Assembly (NCBI RefSeq): GCF_006345805.1
Contig: NC_043004.1
Span: 42,780,001-42,844,000, forward strand
Direction: 5' to 3'
DNA length: 64,000 bases
Source of the DNA: Octopus sinensis
Taxonomy: Eukaryota
The translations under genes were made by a program, and so were the position numbers. Below the pieces are notes generated by a model. The model did not search any database. It had not been told where the DNA came from and worked only from the letters and a program-made list of their open reading frames with translations. Numbering within the stretch: the first letter of the stretch is position 1; each line of letters opens with the position of its first letter. Positions 14,045 through 26,429 of this stretch are shown here, piece after piece.

Positions 14045-14380
14045 TAAAAAAGTTTCAGCCCAGAGCTGCGGCCATGCTGATGCACCGCCGTTTTGCGCTA
14101 CAATGCTATCACTAGGAACCTCCTCTAATATGTGGCACTTGATGAAGAATGGGGTTCGATATAGCTACCCTCATTTGCACCTCTGCCCGTGAGGTAGGCT
14201 CATCTGGGACTCTCGACAGAAAGAGGTCCAGCTTTGATCTAAAGAACCCTACATCTATTGTGTGCAAGTTCATCAGACTCTTTGGGAGAATATCAAAAAG
14301 CTGTGGTTCCTTGAAACCCAGGCTGTTGCAGTAACTGGTCCTGAAGCGTGATGGCATTGCTGGGATCTTTGGCACTATTA
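14045..14380 (-). mobile_element. 3' end of a CR1-group (L2/Crack/Daphne-like) LINE: ORF2 C-terminus plus 3' UTR
   Basis: ORF 14112..14375 (CNSLGFKEPQLFDILPKSLMNL...FFRSKLDLFLSRVPDEP) matches the typical NS...GP.LFN.LP..I.N....FK..LD.FL..VPD.P C-terminal signature. A short 3' UTR follows. Confidence 0.75.
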
Positions 14381-15569
14381 TAAATATCCTAATTAAAATA
14401 GGTACTTGAAATATGTTTTACATTGTAAGCAAGCGTTTACGCACAAGCGCATGCTGAGGGAGCAGGTTGAACTCGAATTGGGGCATTACTATATGTCTAT
14501 AATTTTTTCTATATAAGGAGACGTAAAAGCTGTATCGTTTTAAGTAGGGAGAATTTTCAAGCTGCGCAAAATGTAATATTGGTGAAATAAATAACAAATA
14601 AATGCCAATAGTGAATCAATTGAATTGATTATGATCGTCATATAATTCTTTCAGCACCACCTATGTCTAATATCCCCAGCGTTTAAAACCACGTATATAC
14701 ATATGTACATATACGGTTAATTTATAGGAAAATTAAAATACAGCGCAATAGATCATCTAGAGCAATAAATTTACACCTCATCTATCAATGTTTTCATATT
14801 GTTCTAGATAAGAACAAGATTAAACAGCTGTGTCACTGACTGTAAAACTAGGAATGTATCATTCTACAAACATGTATACACGCATGTTTTCATGTTCATC
14901 CGTTTTTATTGGTCTGTACCTGCCGTACTTTTATACTAAAATATATTAGTGAAAATATAAATAATGATCCTCAAGATTTTTTCGGTCATTTTCAAAACCG
15001 TATAAGCATATATACAAAGATTCTAAATGGGTACGCTATAAACATGTAAATTCCGAGTCGTTTAGTATGAACTGAATAGATCCAACTATGTTCGATAGAA
15101 TAAAATATTTAATACTCATAAAATATTGTAGTGAATAATCTTATTCCCTATGCTGCGACTCAACTATATCTATATCCCCTTACTTACACATACTCAGCAT
15201 GCACTTTATATATGGCAGTTTCCCTGATGATGTAATTGAAAGCAGGTGCAAATATATGGCATAAATATTTTTATCCCACACTTTCTAATTTTGATAATAC
15301 ATACGCACATACACGCACACACGCATGTACACCCATACTCCCACACATTGTTATATATCGGTGTCATTTATGCTCATCTGAGTGTCATCAGTCACAAGAC
15401 ATGAAGTAGGCATGGAAGAGACTGGGTATTTCTTCCATGACGTCATGAATAATGACCAAAGGAATTCGAAAATTGTGAGTGATTGAGTGATCAAACGATT
15501 AATCAAACAATCGGTTTGTTGAATAGTTGAATGTTAGCAAATTGATTAATAATAATAGTACTAATCCAT

Positions 15570-16170
15570 CTGAATACTTCTGAGTAGAAACCCATCTAAA
15601 TGAATTTGTAAGTTTCGGAACAAGCACTAATCAGAAGGAGCGGGGTCCGTGGAATAAGGTAACACAGGGTTTTTTCCCAGCCGAGTTCTTCGATTTTTTC
15701 AGATGTACACCAGTCACTAATCTGTCCAATTATGGTAACATGCGTTCGCGAATGTGAAGAGATGGGCTGATGTCCAATCATGATTTTCGGTTCCTTTTTG
15801 TCAAACCATGGGGTACAGATTTATGGTGTTTGAGCACCTTTCCAAGCTGTTGCAGATGGCAGGCAACTTTTGAGTAGCTTTAAATGAGTTTGCTCGCCAA
15901 TTCTTCAACTAATTCAGCATTATCCATCTCAAGTTCTGACAAGAGAAGTTCATCTTCAAATTCGACAGGGTGTCGTCTTCGTGGTACCTCTCTCAGGTTG
16001 AAATCACTATTTTTGAAATTTGCAAGCCATCTTCTGGAACTTCGTTCGGTCAAGCGCTCATCCCTATAAACACAATTGATGTTTTTGGTTGTTTCTTCTA
16101 AACTGTTTCCCTTTTTTTATCTCATAAACCATCATGTGCCAAAAATGCCCCCGCAATATGTTCACATTTG
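15570..16170 (-). mobile_element. Mariner (Mos1-like) transposase remnant with an internal deletion
   Basis: Manual translation of the minus strand: KGNSLEETTKNINCVY...RRWLANFKNSDFNLRE...KSVPHGLTKRN...LDRLVTG is joined directly to TSEKIEELGWEK...(P)YSTDPAPSD.CLFRNLQIHLDG. WVPHEL-like and YSPDLAPSD-like motifs are present, with stops and frameshifts. Confidence 0.8.
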
Positions 16171-16639
16171 AGGGGTTAACATTAGTAATTAATTCAGGTA
16201 GATTATTTTGTAAAAATAAATTGTATTGTTGTAAAGGTTTCCGAATTTATTTGAGGATTTATCAATACAATTTCACAGTTTAGAATACTTTAAACTTCGG
16301 TAGACATTATATATATGTTATTTCGGACATTATATCCATAAAAACATGTATGTAATTGTGTGTGTGTGTGAGTGTGCGTGCGTATGTGTGTGCGTGTGCG
16401 TGCGTGTGTGTGTGTTCTGTCAATAAAAACACAATTCATTTGCTATGACATTATGACAGGAAAGTGTAAATTTATAATGTATAATAGATAGCAATGTACG
16501 TAAAATATGTTTACGTAACGCTGCGAGAGAGAGGAAGATCGATATTTTTATTAAGCGTTTTATCTTAATCCTTTGTAAGAAGGACTAGAAAAACAAATAA
16601 AAATATACGACTATTTTAATGAAATATATTCAAAAATAA

Positions 16640-17620
16640 AATTATAAAATGTTTCGTGTCTCGGGCGAGTCTTTCTGCTTTAATGCCTTATTAATTGACA
16701 CACGCACCTGTTCAATTTCCACTCATTTATTTATTTTATTTATGTTTTAGATTTTCATTGCTTCTTGCATCATCTTCAATAGTTGTTGACTCTGCTGTTT
16801 AATTTCTGAGGACGTACTCCTGTACTTGTCAGAGTGTTGGGTCGTTCTGGAGCTTGGATAAAATGCAGATGTCTAGTCGACCCAGTGTGCCTCCATGTTG
16901 GTCTGTGGCAAATTGGTATAGTATGGAGGAATATTTTTTCGTCATACTGTCTCAAATTTTCATTTAATCTTTCTAAAATTCATCTCGATGCCTCAACGTA
17001 TGCCATGTTCTTGTCTTTACATGCACCGTCTATGCACCTTATGCTGTATACTACATTTCTAGTACTACAGTTAATGGCAGGGTTAATCTTACATCCCATG
17101 CAATCCTCATTCGTACTTGTGATATTCTCAAATGGGTACGTCCTACATAATTGTGATCTGATGGATCTCCCTGGCTTTTCAACGATCTTCATGTTGCGTT
17201 TCGTCTCCTTCAGACCATTTCTATATATTCAGGCTAGTTCTCCATGGACTGTGGCTTCTGGAAATATCACTCCTTGATATTTGTCAGCCTTGTAACATGT
17301 GGTCACGAACTCTCTGTATCCTATTCCTGTTGTACTTCTCTATCAAGGGCTCGTACCACTGTTTCATAACATGCAATACTATCTAAATTCTTTCTAGCTT
17401 CGCTGTATACACGAATCTCATCTTTCTGATCATAACCAGACATTTTGCGCGTGGAGTTCTGTACATGTCTCAGAGAATTGAATATGCAATTAAATAAATT
17501 TTATGTTTTGAGAAAAAGAAATTCTTCATATTGAACGATCTTCAATTGCTCAATAAAAAGACTTTCTCAAATCATAAAACTACTCAAAACTTCTAGTAAC
17601 ATTGAAAAGTGACTTGTAAT
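16640..17620 (-). mobile_element. Penelope-like element (PLE) remnant: linker plus GIY-YIG endonuclease region
   Basis: Frame KYQGVIFPEATVHGELA*IYRNGLKETKRNMKIVEKPGRSIRSQLCRTYPF...CMGC...NCSTRNVVYSIRC...C...YV (ORF 16980..17192) matches the PLE pattern KVVEK.G.S....L...DPF...C..C...C...NVVY.I.C..C...YIG. Confidence 0.7.
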
Positions 17621-17642
17621 ATTAATAGTATACAATATAGTA

Positions 17643-17812
17643 TAGGAACAGTCATGGCTGTGTGGTAAGATGCTTGCTCTACATCCCAGAGTTCTGTGTT
17701 CAGTCCCACTGTGTGGCACCTGGGGCATATGTCTTCTACTATATCCATGGGCCAACTAGGGCCTTTTGAGTAGATTGACTGGAGAGGAACTGAAGCGTAC
17801 CCTATCTACCTT

Positions 17813-17905
<93 letters not shown>

Positions 17906-18125
17906 TTTTCTATCTATCTATCAATCTATCTATCTATCTATATGTATGTATACACCTATATGTGTTTGTCTTTGTGTCTGTGTTTGTCCATTACCAGCGT
18001 TTGAGTACAATGTTAGTGTTTTAAATGATCCGAATTAACATATACCAGGTTTAAGAAAAAGAAAAGTACTATAGTAGTTTCCATCGACTAAAAATTCTTC
18101 AATGAAGTACTCCAGCATGGCCGAA
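17643..18125 (+). mobile_element. SINE family B with an internal (ATCT)n expansion (17805-17940)
   Basis: Head GTCATGGCTGTGTGGTAAGATGCTTGC...GTTCAGTCCCACTGTGTGGCACC, tail GTACTCCAGCATGGCCG. Confidence 0.8.
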
Positions 18126-18381
18126 GCGTGTGCTTCTCATTGATGGATTATACAATCCATATTTGATCTCCTTTATAATATATAGACATCAATATTTTCA
18201 TGCAAATTGTTGCAACGAAACACATAAGATCATCCCAACAGCAAAACTTAACATACCCAACGATGGAGATTCAGAATTCGAAAATGCATATAATCAGTGC
18301 ATACAAAAATTGTTATCATAGCTTATATTTTTTACGGAGGCAGCGGTATAACCGTTACGTTACTGTACCAAACACAATGCT

Positions 18382-18453
<72 letters not shown>

Positions 18454-19540
18454 CAAATTATAGGTTAGGCTTACAATTTTAATATATACTTTGAATTGAA
18501 TAGGAATAAATGAATTATTCAAACCTCAAGTACTTTTATGCAATGTAGAATGCACTATCTCGCTGAAGTGCAGTTCATACACCTTTAATCGCAGTATAAT
18601 ATATATAGATCATTCTGTTTAGTAACAAAGAGTTTTCGGATTGAAATGAATACTAACAGAAGGTAAGAAATCAGAAATATTCCACTATTCCTCGCCAGAG
18701 TCAGATAAACTTCGATGCGTATCCATATTGCATATTATATAATATTTAATGGCATATCCTGTACTTAAAAGGTTTTGAAGTCGCTTTTTTTTTCAATATG
18801 AGTTAATGAATATATCTTTTCAATCTTGTGTTTTCTGTACAATTAGAATGACAGGTTGAGCCGTTCCATTTTATATAATATTAAATGCTAACCACCACAG
18901 TTGGAAGAGAGGTGGGTAATATATTTACATAATGATTATCTAACTGGTCCAGGAACTATTCAGATCTATCCAATTTTTATGTGCATCCAAATGAATGCTA
19001 TTTTTTAATATTTTTCCAGAGAGACGTTCAGTTCAACAAATTAATCAGGAATGTTTTCCGGGAATACTGAGAGATTTAGAAAGACGTGGTTTAAAATTAG
19101 AACCTTGGGCTATTCAAGAAGTTCTTTGCATTATTTTCGTTGCACGAATCTCTTCTTTCTAATATATATGGCATCATGTGCTATGGGGTAGCATGTTTCA
19201 TTCAATATCCATATCCATTTTCATTAGAAACTTTGTAATGCTTATAAGGTAAATATTAAATCTTCTTAACTGCGCACAGCTAAACAAGAATTCATGCCTA
19301 CTCTATCACTCAATTACTGTCGAAATAATAGCATATAAAGTAAAAATAAACTGAGAAATACAAACCGGGGATATTGAACATTGGAAGTATATTGGAATAA
19401 AGGAGTAAATATTGAAACAATGCTATTTTAATCAGTCCACATTGCTGAATACAACAACAGAACCATATTGTAGCATTAAATCTGGAACTTATACGAAAAC
19501 AAAACTCTGTTTAATAATGATTTTCCAATTTTTTGTTTAA

Positions 19541-20956
19541 GGAGGCGGGCTAGCAGAATTGTAAGCGGCGGTCAAAATACCCTTCCTAGCCCCGAAAGTA
19601 CTGGCTTTCTGTCAAAGTTCGAAACGAGTTCAAATTTCGCCGAGATCGACTTTGCTTTTCTTTCCGTCGGGGTCGATAAAATGAGGAACAGTTAAACACT
19701 GGGATCGATGCAATCGATTTATCCACTCTCATGAAACTGTTAGTCATGTGGCAAAATTTAAAGCTGATAATAAATGAAAATCAAGGCGATGGACTGGCAG
19801 TATCGCTAGCACGCTGGGCGAAGCGCTTAGCTGTTTTTCGTCCGTCTTTACGATCTGAACTGAAAGTCTGTCCAGTTCGATTTCACCTTTCATCTTTTCG
19901 AGGTAGACAAAATATGTATCAGTCTTCTGCTGGCATCGAAGTAATTGCTCCATGTTCTGAGTTCAAAGTCAGCCGAGGTCAACTTTACCTTTCATCATTT
20001 CGATGTCGATAAGATAAGTACACATTGTACTCGTGGGTAGATGAAATTGCTGGCCTTGTGGCAATATTTGAAATCAATATTAAACGAAAACTCATGTCGG
20101 TGGGCTGGCAGAATTGTTAGCATTCTGAGCAAAATGCTTAGCGGCATTTCGCCCGTCCTCATGTTCTGAGTTCAAATGCCACCGAGCTCGATTATGCCTT
20201 TTACTATTTCGGGGTCGATAAAATAATTACCAGTTGAACACTTGGGCCAATGTAATTAATTCATTCTCTCCTACCCGAATTTCTGGCTTGTGTGCCACGA
20301 TTCGAAACAAATATTAAAGGAAAAGGTATGACAGCGTGCTGGCAAAATCGTTACCGCGCCGGGGAAAATGCTCAGAGAAATTTCTTCCGATTCTACCGCC
20401 TCAATAAAATAAAGTACGAGTGGAACAATGGGCCAATGTAATCGATTTACGTCTACCCCGAAATTGTTAGCCTCATGCCAAAATTCGAAACCCATAAGAA
20501 ACGAAAAGTAAATGCGGTGAGCTGGCAGAATCGGTACCACACCGGAGAAGATACTTAGGGGCATTTTCTGAGTTTACATTCTGTTTAGGTCGTGCTCAAA
20601 TTCAACAGAGGTCGACCGTTCATCCTTTCCGAGTTGATAAAAATGATCACTCGTAGATCACTGGCGTCGATGTAATCGACTTATTCGTTCCGTGCAATTG
20701 TTGGTCTTGCGTCAAAATTTAACTAATATTAAACGAAAAGATAAGGCGGTGAGTTGGCAGAATCCTTAGCATGCCCGGGAAAAATGCTGAGTGGTATTTC
20801 GCGAGATTTTGTCTTCAGACTTAAGATCCCGCTGTGGTCGACTGCGCCTTTTATCCTTTCGATATCGATACTGTACCAGTTGCAAATTGGCGTCGGTGAA
20901 ATCGACTTACTCCCTTCTTGAAATTGCTGTCCTTGTCCCAAAATTTGAAACCATTA
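19541..20956 (+). repeat. Head-to-tail array of about 7 diverged SINE family A units
   Basis: Unit heads at about 19541, 19785, 19951 (partial), 20096, 20330, 20513 and 20745, most with GCTGGCAGAA-like heads and GTCGA...CCTTTCATC-like bodies. A shared AATATTAAACGAAAA-like linker sits before heads. Confidence 0.8.
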
Positions 20957-22873
20957 TTACACAAAAAGTACCACTGCACACCAACGCCTCCATAAATTGT
21001 AAAATCATCTGTGATGTATGCACATAATGAAGCAGTCACATATTCTTAAAATTCATAAAATTCTTAAAACCGAAGCCAGTTATCTATATGCAAATTGTTT
21101 TCACTTCAACATTTTCCAGCTAAAAATCTTGATATCGTTACCACAACTAGAATAAAGCATTGGACTATACGTGTAATATTAATGCCTATTATATTATCAT
21201 GCGTCAATTTTTGAAAATCTGGAATTATATGTCAACACAAGATGAAACTTTAAACTACTGACTTTTATTTCCAAATTTTGGCTTGTGATACTACGAAAAT
21301 TGATTTTAGCTTAATGCACAATATTTATCATTCATGTTCCTAAAGCATTATATTGTTTACCTTTGAAGTATTCCTGCAAACTTTGGAGCATTTTACAATC
21401 CAACAAAAGAACATACAGACCAAAAACTGCTGTTACAACGAAAATAAACCTGGCATTCATGTGGTTATATTAGAGTGAGCATTTGGCAGAGTCTTTACAG
21501 TAGTGTTTATTTTTGCTCTTCTTTCAGTTCTGAGTTGAAATTATGCCCAAGTTAGCTTTCCTTTCATACTTACACAATCGATAAATAAGTACCAATCCGT
21601 GAAGGTCAACTGACGAAAAATGTATAGAGTATGACAGGATGTCATGTAATGTTAGCGTTCTAATTCCAGATCGCCTTGTGGCGAGTATATGTGGTAGATA
21701 TTATGATTTGTTACATAACAGTTCCGATAACTTCAGAGAATTGTTTTCGAGTTCCATTCGGGCCAGGTTCTGAGTTGTCACTTTTTTCCACTCGTTTTCA
21801 ACAGTTTTCGATTCCCAGTAACCTGTGAATAGAACGGGCCTTTCTTTCTCGAATACACGATATAAAAACGGCATATACTTCTCACATCAACTATCAAATG
21901 ATCGCATGTAACCTAAATTGAGTCACATAAATACACACACACGTTGTCTGCAATAATTTAAGAAGGCATTAAAAGAGAATAAAGTCCGTTTTGATTAAAA
22001 TGCATTCCATTAAGAAAAAAAAAACAATAGAATCTACTGACAATTCGATTCTTGCGAACGTCTGTTTTCAAAGCCTCTGGACCTCTCTGTCCATTTGAGC
22101 TGTTTGGCAAGATCATATCAAGATATAACCTTATATTACTATGGAATTCTGAGGTGATGCACCTTGCTAAAAATATACCCATATATATATATATTCAAAT
22201 TCTTACTAAATGCTTGGCATGACAGTGTGTCGCGGAGAGTTGAAGTAAATTAGACTAGTGATATTACCGCCAAATATTAATAGACCAGTTAATCGTTTTG
22301 ATGATTATCCGCTTCAGACCGTAATCCATGTAAATTTATAGAATGTTCGACTGTAATATGGCGTATTTTCTGGTCGTCCGTAGTTGCAAATGTGACGGGT
22401 ATATTAAAGCCATTAAATTTGTATGAAGTTTCACCACTGCAGACAAAAATAGTTCGAGATTTTACAAATTCTATTCAGTTTGCCAAGTATCGAACGCATA
22501 TTCTTTTCTATTCGGTTCCGATCACATTCATTGAGAGCATATACACTTCCTGGAGTGGAAATTTCCAACCAGAGCGCTTTAAATTCTGTAGATGCGCGGT
22601 AATTTAATTCCTATGTCACGACTTATTAAATAGATTTTCTAAGATTCTACAAAAAAATTGTTAGTATTATAATTCTTTGCATTGTGAATCTCCACTATGA
22701 CCGCGATCTTCCAGAGCCTTTGTTGTTGACGTTCTGAAGTGTTCCGTTTGAATCTAACTTACCTCTCATTCGAGTGAGTGTATACGCGCAGGTGAATCTG
22801 TGTGAAACTCTCTCCCCACAAAATCTTCTCTTCGACGGCAGTTTCAAACTTCCAGCATTGATGTGTGTGCGTA

Positions 22874-22990
<117 letters not shown>

Positions 22991-22993
22991 ATA

Positions 22994-23303
22994 TCACCGT
23001 GATCACCGTGACGGACCAGGCAATCAGATGTTGCTACATATCGCTGGTCACAATGTGCTTCCCATTGTTTCAACCTTCAAGTGACACCACCCCGCCGGCG
23101 AAGCGAGCAGGCCAACAGAAGAAAGAGTGAGGTAAAGTTGAGGCGAAAGAGTAGAGCAGGGATCGCCAACACCCCCTGGCGAAGACTCGTGGAGCTTTAG
23201 ACGTTTTTACTCAATAAACACGCACAACGCCCGGTCTGGGAATCGAAACCGTGATCCTACAACCGCGAGTCCGCTGCCCTAACCACTGGGCCATTGCGCC
23301 TCC
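22994..23303 (-). mobile_element. tRNA-derived SINE family C, full length
   Basis: Minus strand GGCGCAATGGCCCAGTGGTTAGGGCAGCGGACTC...GGTTTCGATTCCCAG (A/B boxes). Colinear with the + copy at 43535-43836; ends in GTGATCACGGTGAT. Confidence 0.9.
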
Positions 23304-23310
23304 ACACACC

Positions 23311-23314
<4 letters not shown>

Positions 23315-23388
<74 letters not shown>

Positions 23389-23439
23389 TATATACACACA
23401 CATATATACTCTTTCGCCACAACTTTACCTCACTCTTTC

Positions 23440-23528
<89 letters not shown>

Positions 23529-23550
23529 TAGATATAGATATAGATATATA
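23315..23550. repeat. (CA)/(TA)/(GA)n mosaic containing a 38-bp inverted SINE fragment
   Basis: Direct reading; see finding at 23116-23444. Confidence 0.9.
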
Positions 23551-23863
23551 TAGTAAACCATTATCTTACATTTCTAATTCTTGTATTCTAGTTAGTATTA
23601 CATTGAAACTACATTTAACGTCATACAAAAAAAGCTGTCTGCTATTATATTCCAACAGTAAAATCTACGTTTCTTTCTCTTCGTCCGAATAACACGCACA
23701 CACACACACGCACACTCACACACTCACACACGCTCACACTCACTCACACGCACGCATTGTCGCTGTCTCCTGCTCTCTTATTTACAATGTTTTCCTATAC
23801 ATGTGTTAATGTACGTGTCATGAGTGTGCACATGTATGTCTTTATGTACTTACGTTCATCCAT

Positions 23864-23947
<84 letters not shown>

Positions 23948-24382
23948 AAAAATGTGCATATACACACAACAGGTACACATGTACACTCACTCGCATTCAT
24001 ATGAAGACAGAGCGATTGGCAGAATGAGAGAGAAAGAGACGGAGACAATATGTGTGTGTATGTGTGTATATGTGTGTATGTGTGTGCTACTGAGACAAAG
24101 AGAAAGAAATGCAGATCTTACAGTGTATGGGGGTAAATATAGTTTCTGTGTAATATAGATTGAAATCCGAGAATTAGAAATATATAAAAATGGTATACTA
24201 TATAAGTGTTGATTATTAGATTATAAATAAGAAAATATATCGCATATCGAAAATTCCAATGGACAAAAAATTCCTTTGGTAACCTAAATATTACATGAAA
24301 AAGCTGGTTGTTTGTTGTCGACATCAGTCTACTCTGTGAGTGGGCAATGTATTAGTAATTGTGAATTCGCCAACAATAATGG

Positions 24383-24468
24383 AGGAATTTCAACCATGTT
24401 TCGTGGTCTGCTACCACAACAGATCCTTTATAGGATCCAGTTAGCTCGAGCCATCATCAGAAGGAACC
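24383..24468 (-). ncRNA. Degenerate hammerhead-like motif with a long stem II, within a GC-richer segment (about 24330-24780) that may be a PLE terminal repeat
   Basis: Minus strand CUGAUGA-UGG...(GAUCCU-AUAA-AGGAUC; GCUA/UAGC)...CCA-C-GAAAC-AUG-GUU. Core intact; stem I poorly paired. Confidence 0.35.
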
Positions 24469-25382
24469 ACGTCCGGATTCGGCCCCTACTCCTCTACCGT
24501 TTTAACGTGGCGGGCCGCTCCCCTTTCGGAGGTGACTTCAGCTCTGTTGTTGAGTGCATGTCTTCTTTCTCCTTTCTTCTGTTCCGTGGCCTCTTTGGTG
24601 TAGCGTCAACGAGTGTCAGCGGGCGACTGGCTGTTTTGTCAAAGTTCCCTTTTTAATACCCGCCCTAGGCTTCAGCAGGCAGCCACAGCTAGTTGTCACG
24701 TGGCACCGTCTAAACTTTAACCGACCAAAAAATGATCGTATCCATGTACTTCTTACAATTAGTGCCACGTCTAAATAACCGAGTTTCAGTTTATTAGGAC
24801 AGTGCAGCTTTTAACCATGTAAAGCAACAATATTTGATAAGTACGTTGGTTTTCCGTAGCTTTGGAGGATGTGAAAACGAGAGCTTGGAATATTTGATAC
24901 AGAATGCAATGGATATTCCCCTCATAAATTAAAGGATTTCAAGTAACATTGAAGCACGTACATTGTATGACGAGGAACAGCATTTGGGAAGCCATAGCAC
25001 TGGAAGCTTCTTTCTGATGGCTTCTTTAATAATACATTCCCCTTAGAATTCGACGCCAGTTTGAATAATACTAAGTAGGGCTCATAAAATTGCTTTAGTT
25101 ACAGTTTAAATATTTTAACCTTAGTTACGAAGCATTGCTTATCTGTAACGCAGTTGTCTGATTCCTTACAAATTATATAATCTGGACATAGTCAATGTGA
25201 TATAGCTCTTATCTATCTTTACTATCTGCAGCCGGTGCATTATTTGAAAATCTGATTCTTTCTTAGCATCCTTGTGGGCTTCTTAAACCAGCTATCATGA
25301 CTACTTTGCTTGAAGTTGGGAAAATGATGTACAGACGCGAGGCACCTTACGTAATAAGCACGAATAAGTAACCAGATTTCCG

Positions 25383-25712
25383 TGTACTGTCGATCAATCG
25401 CCAGTAGACGAAGAGGGTCCCAGTTAATCCAATCTACGGAATAAATTGCTCGTGGAGTTAACGTGCAAGTGGCTAAGGACGCTACAGGTAAGCGTACTCA
25501 TAACATAGTTCACAGGATATTCAGTATTACACAGAATGTGACCTGGCTAGCCATGTGAATTATATGTACAACTCAATTTTGCCAGCTGAATGAATTGGAG
25601 CAACGTGAGATAATGCGTCTTGTTCAATGATACAACGTGCCACCGGTTGTCGAACTCATAACCTTACGTTCTTGATCCAAGTTCCCAAACCACAAAACGG
25701 CGCGCCTCCACC
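25383..25712 (-). mobile_element. tRNA-derived CORE-type SINE family D
   Basis: Minus strand ...GGTTATGAGTTCGAC (B box) then GTTGTATCATTGAACAAGACGCATTATCTCACGTTGCTCCAATTCATTCAGCTGGCAAAA (MIR/CORE-like). Relatives at 44862-45160 and 50290-50640. Confidence 0.7.
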
Positions 25713-26099
25713 ACAGATTCACATAAAAAGTGGATAATTTAAGTTGTCTTTTGAAGACAAATAAATATATTAAGTAGGTAAATTGGCATTTAATTAAATC
25801 ATATTTTATGCTTGGAAGGACATTATCTAACACAATTATCTTGCTCTCATGTGACGCATTTTGCCAATATATCAAATGATGCCTTTATTGAAGGTATCTA
25901 TTCAAATTAAATCCAGTATATACCGGATTCGAATTGCTTTATTTTTATTAGTTACAAAAATCGATATTTATGTGTGATGAACAAGATCAAATGTATGAAA
26001 TATTTATTACAGATAATTATTTTAATTTTTATTAATAGAATGAAATTAAAAAGGAAATGGCGCTAAGAGTAAAACTGCTGAAAAAAGGTCAATGACTTT

Positions 26100-26250
26100 A
26101 AGTATTGGTTTCAAATTTAAGCACAAGACCAGAAAATTTAGAGATGGGATTAATCCAAACTCAGTCTTTAACTGTTACTTATTTCATTGACCCAGGAAGG
26201 ATAAAAGATAAAGTCTATCTCGCGCGGAATTTGAACTCAGAGCTTAAAAA
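26100..26250 (-). mobile_element. Decayed SINE family A fragment
   Basis: GGAATTTGAACTCAG and ACTTATTTCATTGACCCAGGAAGGATAAAAG match family A. Confidence 0.65.
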
Positions 26251-26305
26251 TACCAAATATCTTAAGAAATATAACTCCAACATGAACCAATGTATTTTAG
26301 AAGTG

Positions 26306-26347
26306 GTAGTAGCAGCAGCGGCGAGCAGTAGTAGTAGTAGTAGTAGC

Positions 26348-26402
<55 letters not shown>

Positions 26403-26412
26403 ACAATAATAA
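26306..26412. repeat. (AGT)n microsatellite
   Basis: Direct reading. Confidence 0.95.
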
Positions 26413-26429
26413 TTAATCAGAACTAATGA

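Noticed and set aside
19016-19162. About 48-codon open stretch after a TTTTCCAG acceptor-like site (RRSVQQINQECFPGILRDLERRG...)
   Set aside because: No recognisable homology and no convincing donor or neighbouring exons; expected by chance.
24407-24416. TGGTAGCAGA (minus), matching a tRNA-iMet primer-binding site
   Set aside because: Only 10 nt, not preceded by an LTR-terminal CA, and no LTR pair or gag/pol found; it lies inside the hammerhead-like stem II.
25100-25320. Possible RTE-type AP-endonuclease relic (SWFKKP...DYII)
   Set aside because: Two short motifs only; insufficient without a profile search.
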